Assembly (NCBI GenBank): GCA_040880525.1
Contig: JBBDIG010000024.1
Span: 12,522 to 76,521, forward strand
Source: Bacteroidia bacterium
GTDB lineage: Bacteria; Bacteroidota; Bacteroidia; CAILMK01; JBBDIG01
Length of the DNA stretch: 64,000 nucleotides
Direction of reading: 5' to 3'
Under the pieces are notes generated by a model. The model saw nothing but the letters and a program-made list of their open reading frames with translations, was not told the origin of the DNA and made no database searches. Made by a program: the position numbers and the translations under genes. Shown one piece after another: positions 1 to 9,059 of this stretch (positions within the stretch are counted from its first letter, which is position 1; every line of letters starts with the position of its first letter).

Positions 1-624
1 GGCATTGAGCAATTTACCGGAGCGGGAGTTTACTATGGCGCAGCGATGACGGAGGCAAACTCCTGCAGAGACAAGGATGTCTATATAATTGGTGGAGGAA
101 ATTCAGCCGGCCAGGCCGCCATGCACATAGCCAATTATGCCAGTCAGGTTTTTATCATTATCAGGGGCGAGAACCTTTCTGCAAGCATGAGCCAATACCT
201 GATTGATCAGATCGATAATACACAAAACGTGAGCATTATCAATAGAACTCAGGTAGAGGAGGCCATCGGAAATGGCAGGCTCGAAAAATTGCGGTTGAAG
301 AATTTAGATACCGGAAAAACACATGAAGCAGGATTGGGCGCGCTCTTCGTATTTATTGGCGCGAAGCCGTATACTGAATGGATATCCCTGGAATTGTATA
401 AAGATGATAAAGGATTTATTGAAACCGGTCGTGATCTTATGAGGCGCGAAGGCTTTAAAAAGATCTGGAAACTGAATCGTGAGCCATTTTTTCTGGAGAC
501 CTGCTCTCCGGGCATTTTTGCATCAGGCGATGTTCGTTCTGGCGCCATGAACCGGGTGGCATCTGCGGTAGGTGAAGGCGCGATGGCCATCAAATTTGTG
601 CATCAATACCTGGCTGAAAACTAA
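1..624 (+). CDS. NAD(P)/FAD-dependent oxidoreductase, thioredoxin-reductase-like (5' partial, continues upstream of window)
   Basis: The reading frame is open from base 1. It carries a GGGNSAGQAA dinucleotide-binding motif and a C-terminal GDV...G.GAMA motif typical of TrxR-family flavoproteins. The position where the CxxC redox motif normally sits reads GAAMTE, so this may be a TrxR-like ferredoxin reductase or oxidoreductase. Confidence 0.7.
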   Translation, partial: GIEQFTGAGVYYGAAMTEANSCRDKDVYIIGGGNSAGQAAMHIANYASQVFIIIRGENLSASMSQYLIDQIDNTQNVSIINRTQVEEAIGNGRLEKLRLKNLDTGKTHEAGLGALFVFIGAKPYTEWISLELYKDDKGFIETGRDLMRREGFKKIWKLNREPFFLETCSPGIFASGDVRSGAMNRVASAVGEGAMAIKFVHQYLAEN

Positions 625-671
625 GGAGCTAACAGAGGTTTAGAGGCTATCCAAATATAAATGAATTTCAC

Positions 672-1400
672 TTAAAGCCAGAAGTGATAAATATGGCTAC
701 TCCGGTCTAATTCAAATCCCAGCTTCCGATAAAATATGGTAGCCTTATTCTCTTCCTGGGTAGCTACTTCCACTTGCTCAAGCCCGTTTTTTAAAAACCA
801 TTTATCCGCTTCGTGAAGAAGATGAAGCCCGATACCTTCACCCCGCATGGCAGCAGCAACGGCAATCAATCCTATAGCACCCCGGCCATTCTTTTCCTTC
901 AGCGTTACCATGCCCATTATATCCTCATTTTCCTGATATACGAGTACGGTTTTGGCGAATTTCCGCAGGGTAGAATTCCGCATCCATAAATGATAAAGTT
1001 CTCTGAATTTCTTCCCTGGGATATTAGGATCTGTTTTGAACCGGGAATAGCGACCGCTGCTAACGGCCAGGTCCAGAAGGTTTTGGTCAGGTTCGCTTTC
1101 AGGATACTCTGAGATTCCGATGTGGCTCCGAATATTTTCCGTAAGGTTTTTATCGAGCCTTTTAACGAAGGTTACTCTCCGGTCTGCCAGGAAACCATTA
1201 TACGCTTTGAGTATCTCGTCCGGCAATTCTGTATCAGGATCTTTAGCCCAATATACGAGTTTCACTTCCTGGTCTTTGAGCTTTTGGAGCACTGCTTTAA
1301 TATGTTCAGCCTCAAGCTTTTTATTGGAGATACTGGCGACTTTAAACCCAAAGAAGCTGGAGTCCCAATTGAGTATTTGATATTCTTGCATTCCCTTCAC
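672..1400 (-). CDS. GNAT family N-acetyltransferase, WecD (dTDP-fucosamine acetyltransferase)-like
   Basis: The N-terminus has the 'W..SFFG' motif seen in WecD-type proteins. The C-terminal GNAT core reads 'IGLIAVAAAMRGEGIGLHLL...ATIFYRKLGF'. Confidence 0.6.
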   Translation of the reverse strand: MKGMQEYQILNWDSSFFGFKVASISNKKLEAEHIKAVLQKLKDQEVKLVYWAKDPDTELPDEILKAYNGFLADRRVTFVKRLDKNLTENIRSHIGISEYPESEPDQNLLDLAVSSGRYSRFKTDPNIPGKKFRELYHLWMRNSTLRKFAKTVLVYQENEDIMGMVTLKEKNGRGAIGLIAVAAAMRGEGIGLHLLHEADKWFLKNGLEQVEVATQEENKATIFYRKLGFELDRSSHIYHFWL

Positions 1401-1515
1401 AACTTCAATACAGGAGTAGCCGGCAGAAACGGCCTTTTGCCTGCAACAGAATGACTACTTAAAAATTAACGATACCCGTGAAACAGGGGGGATGGAGAGG
1501 ATTTCCGGTCAGCAG

Positions 1516-1725
1516 TTAATTACACGATATTGTATGGCTTGTTTCAGGAGTGGCAAGCGCTGCCGAAACAATAATAGGCTCCTCTTCTATACCTTTGCCG
1601 AATTTTGGACAATTGCAGTCCTTATTTAACTTCAGGCTTTTGCAGCCAGATAGCGCGAAGGCTGATGAAAGTGCGATAAGAATTACTATTTTTTTCAAAA
1701 CCATTTTTTTGATTATTGAGGGCAA
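1516..1725 (-). CDS. small putative lipoprotein (signal peptide + LSGC lipobox, Cys-rich)
   Basis: The ORF has a hydrophobic N-terminus followed by 'ALSGC'. It is short and has no recognisable domain. Confidence 0.3.
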   Translation of the reverse strand: MPSIIKKMVLKKIVILIALSSAFALSGCKSLKLNKDCNCPKFGKGIEEEPIIVSAALATPETSHTISCN

Positions 1726-1764
1726 AAACCCTGCACTACCTAAATTAGTTCAAACCGATCTATA

Positions 1765-2694
1765 ATGAATCTTTTTTTTGTGTTTTTTAAAGGAATGGCA
1801 ATGGGAGCCGCAAACGTCATTCCCGGTGTTTCAGGCGGAACGATTGCGTTTATTACAGGCATTTACGAGCGCCTGATCAATGCCATCAAGTCATTCGACC
1901 TTGAAGCTGCGAAGTTACTCCTGGCGGGTAAATTCAAAGCTTTTGTTATACATGTTGATCTCTATTTTCTGATTGCACTTTTTGCCGGTATCGGACTTAG
2001 CATCGTAAGTCTTGCCAAATTACTTGAGTTTCTGCTACTTAATTTCGAGGTGCTGACCATGGCATTTTTCTTTGGCCTCATCATCTCTTCCGTGTTGCTG
2101 GTAGGTAAGCAGGTAGAGCGTTGGGGCGTTATCACCGTGCTGATGTTCATTATCGGTACTGCTGTGGCTGCCGGCATTGCCTTTCTTAATCCCGCTACTG
2201 CTGACGACAGTTTTTTCTACCTCTTCCTCTGTGGAGTCGTGGCCATTTGCAGCATGATCCTGCCGGGCTTGTCAGGTTCGTTTGTGTTGTTGATTATGGG
2301 CAATTACCTGCTGGTGCTCGGGGCTATTGGCCGTTTTGATATGGACATACTCATTCCTCTCGGTATTGGATGCGTTATTGGCCTGGTGGCTTTTTCCTAT
2401 CTGTTGGCTTTTATTTTTAAGCACTTTAAAGATGCCACCATCGCTATTCTCACTGGGTTCGTATTCGGTTCTCTTGTTATCATCTGGCCGTGGAAAGAAA
2501 CGGAATACATGAAGGACGAGGGAGGCACTTTCGTAACCAAAGAAAACGGTGACTTGATAGAAGCGGGGTTTTTGTGGCATTTGCCGGGTATGAATATGGA
2601 GTTTCTTCTTGCTGTGCTGCTGATCGCAGCCGGAGCCCTGGCGGTTTATTTTATTGAAAAATCAGGGGAGAAAAGGGTACCCGAGGCAAAATGA
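1765..2694 (+). CDS. DUF368 family membrane protein (PopT-type polyprenyl-phosphate transporter family)
   Basis: The N-terminal motif 'GMAMGAANVIPGVSGGTIAFITGIYERLI' is the DUF368 signature. The protein is polytopic and hydrophobic throughout. Confidence 0.75.
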   Translation: MNLFFVFFKGMAMGAANVIPGVSGGTIAFITGIYERLINAIKSFDLEAAKLLLAGKFKAFVIHVDLYFLIALFAGIGLSIVSLAKLLEFLLLNFEVLTMAFFFGLIISSVLLVGKQVERWGVITVLMFIIGTAVAAGIAFLNPATADDSFFYLFLCGVVAICSMILPGLSGSFVLLIMGNYLLVLGAIGRFDMDILIPLGIGCVIGLVAFSYLLAFIFKHFKDATIAILTGFVFGSLVIIWPWKETEYMKDEGGTFVTKENGDLIEAGFLWHLPGMNMEFLLAVLLIAAGALAVYFIEKSGEKRVPEAK

Positions 2695-3473
2695 AAAAGC
2701 TCGGCCTCATTGGGTTTCCACTTTCGCATTCGCATTCAAAGCAATATTGGGAGCAGAAATTTAGCAGTGAAGGCATTAGCGGCTACGGCTATTCACTTTA
2801 TCCGCTTGCGTCAATAGAGGAGTTTCCGATGCTTTTGAAGCGCGAGCCTGAACTCGCAGGACTGAATGTCACCATTCCGTATAAAGAATCCATTCTTGCT
2901 TATCTGAATGAACTGGATAGCGAGGCCGAAGCTGTACGAGCCGTGAATACCATAAGCTTGCAACAGAAGGGAGGCAAATTATGGTGCAAAGGTTTTAATA
3001 CGGATCTGTATGGTTTCAGGCAAAGTTTCGAAAAGAAATTCGACCCTGCCATTCACAAAAAAGCCCTGGTCCTGGGAAGTGGTGGTGCAAGTAAAGCCGT
3101 GCGCTACGTTTTGGACCGGCTTGATATTCCGTTTGCAGTTGTTTCAAGATATGCAGGAAAGGGAGACTTTTCCTATGATGATATAGATGAAGAAACAATG
3201 AGGGGTCACCAGGTGATCATCAATGCCACGCCAGTCGGAATGTATCCCAATGAGCAGTCGCTGCCACCGCTTCCCTACCAATTTCTGACACCGGACCATT
3301 ACCTGTTTGATTTGGTCTATAATCCGGCAGAAACGGCATTTTTAGCAAAAGGAAAGGAGCATGGCACCACGGTGCAGAATGGCCTTGGGATGCTGCACCT
3401 CCAGGCGGACAGGGCCTGGGAGATTTGGAACCTCCAGTCGCGGTCAGACGGTTCTAAACCGTCAAGCCGCTAA
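2691..3473 (+). CDS. aroE: shikimate 5-dehydrogenase
   Basis: The N-terminus reads 'GLIGFPLSHSHSKQYW', which is the shikimate-binding motif. 'GSGGASKAV' is the NADP-binding motif. The start overlaps the upstream gene by 4 bp. Confidence 0.8.
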   Translation: MKKLGLIGFPLSHSHSKQYWEQKFSSEGISGYGYSLYPLASIEEFPMLLKREPELAGLNVTIPYKESILAYLNELDSEAEAVRAVNTISLQQKGGKLWCKGFNTDLYGFRQSFEKKFDPAIHKKALVLGSGGASKAVRYVLDRLDIPFAVVSRYAGKGDFSYDDIDEETMRGHQVIINATPVGMYPNEQSLPPLPYQFLTPDHYLFDLVYNPAETAFLAKGKEHGTTVQNGLGMLHLQADRAWEIWNLQSRSDGSKPSSR

Positions 3474-3527
3474 AGCCAGGATTCGCGTCTTTTCTTCAGG
3501 ATAATACACTAAAGAAATCCTCTGAAT

Positions 3528-4238
3528 TTAAAGGACAAATCCAAATGCTATCCATGCCATTTCTCTTCTGTATTGTATCGCGCTACCACCGATGTTCCAG
3601 AGGAGTTCACCCCTATACCCACTCGTACTGAAACTTCGGTATCCCACCATAATCACCACCGGGCGTTTATTCAAATCAAACTCAACCCCGGTTGAAGCGG
3701 ATACGAATCCCTTTCTTTTCTCCGATTCACTTGAAGTACTTGGGTATGAATCAAAGTAGTACGGTCTAAGAACCTGTACTCCTGATATTTTATAATCATA
3801 GGAGAAAAGTATTCCCGCATGAGCGGCCATTATAAGTTGTAAGGAGGGAGAAAGTGGATAGCAATAAACCAAACCTACCGGAGAAACGGAAAATGTGGTA
3901 GCATTAGAACTGAATGAGTTTTCAAATTTATACGCTGTCTGTCCAGATGGTTTGTTATTGACAAATGAACCTTCCAGCCTGAAAGTACCCATTTCTGCCA
4001 GCACAGAATAGGAAAGACCTTTCCAAATACGGAAATCCGTTTGGAACCCGCCCGTGGTGCCAAGATTAACCGGATTACTAAAAGAATTTCCATCAAGCAA
4101 AGGTTTTGATTCTTTTATAACCTGGATCCGGTTTATTGAAGGACCGGCATAAAATGTCATTATGATTTTTCTTTCCTCGTTTTGAGAAAGAAGCAACAGA
4201 GGAATAGCTATTAAGACAAGGGGCAAAAACTTTTTCAT
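3528..4238 (-). CDS. outer-membrane beta-barrel protein, hypothetical
   Basis: A signal peptide is followed by alternating hydrophobic beta-strand character, and the protein ends in an aromatic-rich C-terminus. Confidence 0.45.
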   Translation of the reverse strand: MKKFLPLVLIAIPLLLLSQNEERKIIMTFYAGPSINRIQVIKESKPLLDGNSFSNPVNLGTTGGFQTDFRIWKGLSYSVLAEMGTFRLEGSFVNNKPSGQTAYKFENSFSSNATTFSVSPVGLVYCYPLSPSLQLIMAAHAGILFSYDYKISGVQVLRPYYFDSYPSTSSESEKRKGFVSASTGVEFDLNKRPVVIMVGYRSFSTSGYRGELLWNIGGSAIQYRREMAWIAFGFVL

Positions 4239-4388
4239 TTCGATTACCGAATTTGATTATGGCTTATCAAAGATAAAAATATCAATAACCGCTTTTCGAA
4301 CTATCAGTCAATTGGCATAGGCGCGGTCAGACGGGTCCAAGCCGTCAGGCCGCTAAAGGCTACTATCTCTTTTTCTCCCTTTCAATTC

Positions 4389-6413
4389 TCAATACCCTAC
4401 CAGCTCCACCAGTGCTTTCTCAAACCGGCTTTTTGCAAGAAAATTCGCTTCAAGCTTAGGTGCCATCGGAACTGGCGTATCCAGGCTCGCTACCCGTTTC
4501 ACCGGTGCGTCTAAATGCTCAAAACAGTGTTCGCTAATCCAGGCTGCGATTTCTCCGCCTATTCCGCCCGTCAGCGTATCCTCATGCAGGATAATCGCTT
4601 TTCCGGTTTTCAGCACAGATTGTTTCACGGCCTCCTGGTCCCACGGCAAAAGGGTGCGTAAGTCAATGAGGTCCGCTGATATTCCGGGGTGTATGTTCAG
4701 CACCTCAAGCGCCCAGTGTACGCCCGCTCCGTAGGTGATGATGCTCACCTCATCTCCGTTGCGCCAGCACCTTGCCTTTCCTAATTCTATGGTATAATAG
4801 TCGTCAAAAATTTCCTCCGAAATGCTGCGGTACAAGGCTTTGTGCTCAAAGAACATCACCGGGTTAGGATCTTCAATACTGGCGGCCAGCAATCCCTTGG
4901 CATCGGAAGGGGAGGAGGGATACACCACCTTCAGGCCGGGAGTATGGAAAAACCAGGCTTCGTTGGACTGCGAATGGAATGGCCCTGCGCCAACGCCTGC
5001 TCCTGTTGGCATCCGCACCACAACATCTGCATTTTGCCCCCAGCGATAATGGATTTTTGCGAGGTTATTTATTATCTGGTTAAAACCGCAGGTTACGAAG
5101 TCTGCAAACTGCATTTCAATTACAGATTTGTAGCCTTCTATGCTTAGACCCAGGCCCATGCCCAGGATTGCTGATTCGCAAAGCGGAGTATTTCGCACCC
5201 GTTCCCGGCCAAACTGCTCAAGAAATCCTTCCGTTACTTTAAATACTCCACCATATTCAGCTACATCCTGCCCCATGATGATGAGGTTCTCGTAGCGTTC
5301 CATGCTCTGCCGCAGCCCGTCAGAAACCGCATCCACCAATCGTTTCTTTGTTTTAGCAGAGGACGCAGGGGCAATAAGAAAATCATTTTCCTGATGAGTG
5401 GCCGCATCTCCCTTCTCCCTTAGAAAAGTATGCTCGTGATAAATATCTGCGAGTTCTGCTGCTGTATGTGCTTCGGCATCTTTTTCATCAAGCGCCTCAT
5501 TCAATGTATTATCAATTTCCGAAGCCATTTCTTTTCGCAAATCTGCAATGGCTTCCAGCGTCAACAACCCTTGTTCCTGTAGATATTCCTGATAATTGCT
5601 GACCGGGTCTTTCTTGCCCCACTCGTCAAATAGCGCCTGCGGTACATACTTCACGCCCGAGGCCTCCTCATGTCCGCGCATTCTGAAGGTCATGCACTCC
5701 AGCAATACCGGACGAGGATTTTCGAGAATTTCTTCCTTTAGAATATTGATGGTGTTAAAGACTTCGAGGATGTTGTTGCCATCAATTTGCACGCCCTCCA
5801 TGCCATACCCGGCTGCCCGGCCTTTCAAATCATCTGTTGCAAATTGCTCCCGCGAAGGCGTGGAGAGGCCATAGCCATTGTTTTCTATAAGAAATATGAT
5901 GGGCAGGTTCCAGACGGCCGCCACATTCAGCGCCTCATGAAATTCCCCCTCGCTGGTTCCGCCCTCTCCCGTAAAGGCCACGGTAATCTTCTTCTCCGCT
6001 TTAAGCTTTTTGCCCAAGGCAATGCCTGCACCCACACTCAACTGCGGCCCCAGGTGGCTAATCATTCCAACGATATGATGGGGCGTGCTGCCGAAGTGAA
6101 ACGAGCGTTCGCGGCCCTTGGAGAAGCCGCTATACTTTCCCTGAAGCTGCGCAAATAGCTTTTCGAGCGGCATTTTCCTGCCAGTAAAAACGCCAAGATT
6201 GCGATGCAAAGGCAGGATAAATTCGTCCTGATCCAGGGCTTGCGTCACGCCCACCGAAATGGCCTCCTGCCCGATGCCCGAAAACCATTTGCTGATGCGA
6301 CCCTTTCGCAGCAGGAGCAGCATTTTTTCTTCGATCATCCTGGGCAGCAGCAGGGCGCGGTATAAGAAAAGCAGCTTTTCATCACTCAGGCTGCCACGGT
6401 CGTAGTTCATCAT
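4389..6413 (-). CDS. 2-oxoacid (branched-chain/pyruvate-type) dehydrogenase E1 component, fused alpha+beta subunits, TPP-dependent
   Basis: The N-terminal half resembles the E1 alpha subunit (TPP-binding region 'GEGGTSEGEFHEALNVAAVWNLPIIFLIENNGYGLSTP'). The C-terminal half resembles the transketolase-like E1 beta subunit ('FADFVTCGFNQIINNLAKIHYRWG', 'VVYPSSPSDAKGLL'). Confidence 0.85.
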   Translation of the reverse strand: MMNYDRGSLSDEKLLFLYRALLLPRMIEEKMLLLLRKGRISKWFSGIGQEAISVGVTQALDQDEFILPLHRNLGVFTGRKMPLEKLFAQLQGKYSGFSKGRERSFHFGSTPHHIVGMISHLGPQLSVGAGIALGKKLKAEKKITVAFTGEGGTSEGEFHEALNVAAVWNLPIIFLIENNGYGLSTPSREQFATDDLKGRAAGYGMEGVQIDGNNILEVFNTINILKEEILENPRPVLLECMTFRMRGHEEASGVKYVPQALFDEWGKKDPVSNYQEYLQEQGLLTLEAIADLRKEMASEIDNTLNEALDEKDAEAHTAAELADIYHEHTFLREKGDAATHQENDFLIAPASSAKTKKRLVDAVSDGLRQSMERYENLIIMGQDVAEYGGVFKVTEGFLEQFGRERVRNTPLCESAILGMGLGLSIEGYKSVIEMQFADFVTCGFNQIINNLAKIHYRWGQNADVVVRMPTGAGVGAGPFHSQSNEAWFFHTPGLKVVYPSSPSDAKGLLAASIEDPNPVMFFEHKALYRSISEEIFDDYYTIELGKARCWRNGDEVSIITYGAGVHWALEVLNIHPGISADLIDLRTLLPWDQEAVKQSVLKTGKAIILHEDTLTGGIGGEIAAWISEHCFEHLDAPVKRVASLDTPVPMAPKLEANFLAKSRFEKALVELVGY

Positions 6414-6543
6414 TGGAATAAGGAAGTTTTTGCGGGGGCAAAATTAGGGAGAAAGCGGGGGAGGAGTGGGGCGGGGTTGGGAAGTCTAAAAGATTAATAT
6501 AAACCATCATTTTAATATGGTTTATATCCTGTGTGTGAAGTAG

Positions 6544-7686
6544 TTAGTTTATTATCACTTTTTTAGTAATAAGTTTTTCATTGATTTTAATTCGAATAAA
6601 ATACATTCCTTTAGCCAATCCTGACACATTGATCTCGTTTTTTTGTCCATATACCTTTACAGTTTTCCCGTTTGAATCCATTATCTCCACCGATTTTGGG
6701 ATTTGAGTGAATTTTAATACGTTGTTAGTTGGGTTTGGAAACAAACCTATTAAATGAGAGGTATTTATTCCAGGCTTTGGAAATGAAACTCCAGAATATC
6801 TCCAAACTCCTTCATACAATGTGCTCACGATTATGGATCTGTTATGAATGACAAAGTCTGAAATAAAATTACCTAAAAAACTTGAGTTGTGAGAGGTCCA
6901 TGTGTTGCCAGTATCGGAAGATAAAAAAATGCTTTTACCCCATGTTCCGCTGAGCATTTTATCACCAGCCATAGTTACAGTTGTCACAAAATCCTCAGTT
7001 ATTCCGTTGCTTGATTTAATCCAAGTCTTTCCATAATTTTCTGATTTATAAAATCCATCTATGGTACCTGCTATTACAAGCGAATCGAAAATTTTTATGG
7101 AATTCGTTTGAATATTAACTCCACTTGGAGGGTTCCACGTGCTTCCTCCATCCGAAGACATAAAAATACCAATGTATGTTCCGGCAAAGATGGCTTGAGA
7201 GTTTATAGCTAATGATAAAGCATTCAAATTTTTTAAACCATTATTGATTGCGGTCCAGCTCGAACCGTTGTTCAATGATTTAAAGACGCCTCCACCAGCC
7301 GTGCCTACATAAAGAATGGAACCTAAAGCTACTATATCCCTTATGTCTAGATTAGTAAGCCCATTGTTTATAGGTGTCCATGACGAACCATTGTTGTCTG
7401 ATAAGAACAGACCATTCCATGTCCCCGCATAGATATTCCCCTGATTGGTTTCGATGACCCTAACTACTCTTTCAGATAGTCCGGTATTTATAGAATTCCA
7501 CGTCAATCCATTATCTGTTGAAAGGAATATTCCGTCAAAATCGGTTCCAACATAAAGATTAGTTTCATCACTTGCTACACATCTGGCTTTAACATCGGAG
7601 AGTCCTAATAAGTCCCATTGTGCAATCGCATGAAGGGAGTAAAAAATTGATAGAAATATTGTTAATAGTTGTTTCATGGCTTTCAA
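6544..7686 (-). CDS. BNR/sortilin-repeat protein with T9SS C-terminal sorting domain
   Basis: It has a signal peptide and repeated 'S.DGG.SW' BNR-like motifs. The C-terminal ~80 aa ('LFPNPTNNVLKF...GMYFIRIKIN') look like a Por secretion CTD. Confidence 0.7.
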   Translation of the reverse strand: MKAMKQLLTIFLSIFYSLHAIAQWDLLGLSDVKARCVASDETNLYVGTDFDGIFLSTDNGLTWNSINTGLSERVVRVIETNQGNIYAGTWNGLFLSDNNGSSWTPINNGLTNLDIRDIVALGSILYVGTAGGGVFKSLNNGSSWTAINNGLKNLNALSLAINSQAIFAGTYIGIFMSSDGGSTWNPPSGVNIQTNSIKIFDSLVIAGTIDGFYKSENYGKTWIKSSNGITEDFVTTVTMAGDKMLSGTWGKSIFLSSDTGNTWTSHNSSFLGNFISDFVIHNRSIIVSTLYEGVWRYSGVSFPKPGINTSHLIGLFPNPTNNVLKFTQIPKSVEIMDSNGKTVKVYGQKNEINVSGLAKGMYFIRIKINEKLITKKVIIN

Positions 7687-7695
7687 TTTTAGCTA

Positions 7696-8229
7696 TTAAT
7701 TTGTAGATAAGTCAAAGCGACCCTCTGTAATATGAATGATCTCCCCCCTGTCGTCAATGGCTGTGAACTCAAAGGTTCCGGCAAGGATGTTATTTTGGAA
7801 ATACTTTACCGTTACCCAGCCTTTATGATCTTCGTTTGTTGAATATTTAGATTCTGCTAAGACATAATTTTCCACAGGAATGTAAAAGTATCCAACGCTT
7901 TTTTCATATTGATTTAATTCCTTCGCAAAATTTAAAGACTCAAAAATGAATTTAAGTGAAATGCTTGCCTTTAGGGGTTTTTCTTCGTTAGCATTTATGT
8001 AGATCAAAGTATCACTACCGGATAATATCCAGTAATAGTCAACTCCTTTCGGACTCATTGGGTTATTATCCATTACACCTTCAGCAATAAATACCTCTCC
8101 GCTTATTTTGCAGGCAAAGATATTTTTCCCTTCCTGGGTGTAAGGAGGCAGTTGCGGTTTGGGCGGTTCCTTTTTGCAGCCACTAACCAGCGTTGCAAGG
8201 AACAGTGTCAGGAGTGCTATTGATTTCAT
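7696..8229 (-). CDS. lipoprotein, hypothetical (tandem paralog 1)
   Basis: 'MKSIALLTLFLATLVSGC' is a lipoprotein signal. It is a paralog of the ORF at 8408-8941. Confidence 0.6.
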   Translation of the reverse strand: MKSIALLTLFLATLVSGCKKEPPKPQLPPYTQEGKNIFACKISGEVFIAEGVMDNNPMSPKGVDYYWILSGSDTLIYINANEEKPLKASISLKFIFESLNFAKELNQYEKSVGYFYIPVENYVLAESKYSTNEDHKGWVTVKYFQNNILAGTFEFTAIDDRGEIIHITEGRFDLSTN

Positions 8230-8407
8230 CTTTTCATGCTTTACTGAGTGAATGAGCGCTATTCAAAATGTACAAATTTGATTTGTGTCGTTTCTTTTGC
8301 ATTATCAGGAATAAGGCGCTCATTCTGAGCAAATGTTTGGTGAGAAAAAGCAAAGCTGTCAAGTATTAAAAAGGTATAAGTTGTTTCATGGATTTCAGTG
8401 TTAGCTA

Positions 8408-8941
8408 TTATTTTGTGAAGAAGTCAAATCGTCCGTCTGTAACATGAATAATCTCTCCCCGGTCGTCAATGGCTGTGAATTCAAATGTTCCTGCAAGGAT
8501 GTTGTTTTGGAAATATTTTACCTGCACCCAGCCCTTATGCTCATCAGTTGTCTTGAAAATTGATTCAGCAAAAACATAATTTTCAACGGGTATGGAGATT
8601 CTGGCTACTGAATTTTCCTTTTGATTTAATTCAAATGTGTCTTTTATTAATGTATAGACAAAATCAACTGATACACTTGCCTCCGTTGGTTTTTTTTCCA
8701 CTGCTCTTATCTCCACTATCGTATCATTTCCCCAAACCATATAGTTATTGTCTGTTCCTTTCGGACTCATGGTATTCTTATCCATTACACCTTCAGCAAC
8801 GAATACTTCCCCATTTATTTTGCAGGCAAAGATATTTTTCCCTTCCTGGGTGTAAGGAGGCAGTTGCGGTTCAGGCAGGTCCTTTTTGCAGCCGTTTATC
8901 AGCGTTGCAAGAAACAGTGTCAGGAGGGCTATTGATTTCAT
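8408..8941 (-). CDS. lipoprotein, hypothetical (tandem paralog 2)
   Basis: 'MKSIALLTLFLATLINGC' is a lipoprotein signal. The N- and C-termini are near-identical to the ORF at 7696-8229. Confidence 0.6.
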   Translation of the reverse strand: MKSIALLTLFLATLINGCKKDLPEPQLPPYTQEGKNIFACKINGEVFVAEGVMDKNTMSPKGTDNNYMVWGNDTIVEIRAVEKKPTEASVSVDFVYTLIKDTFELNQKENSVARISIPVENYVFAESIFKTTDEHKGWVQVKYFQNNILAGTFEFTAIDDRGEIIHVTDGRFDFFTK

Positions 8942-9059
8942 CTTTTCATGCTTTTATGAGTGAATGAGCGTTATTCAAATGTACAAATTTGATTTGTGTC
9001 GTTTCTTTTGCATTGTCAGGAATAAGTCTCTCATCCTGAGCAAATGCTTTTTGAGAAAT

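Noticed and set aside
1120-1454. Plus-strand ORFs overlapping the minus-strand acetyltransferase (also many similar antisense ORFs throughout, e.g. 4822-5147, 16026-16667, 26817-27416, 48267-49067)
   Set aside because: These are antisense to well-supported genes with clear family motifs and are typical shadow ORFs.
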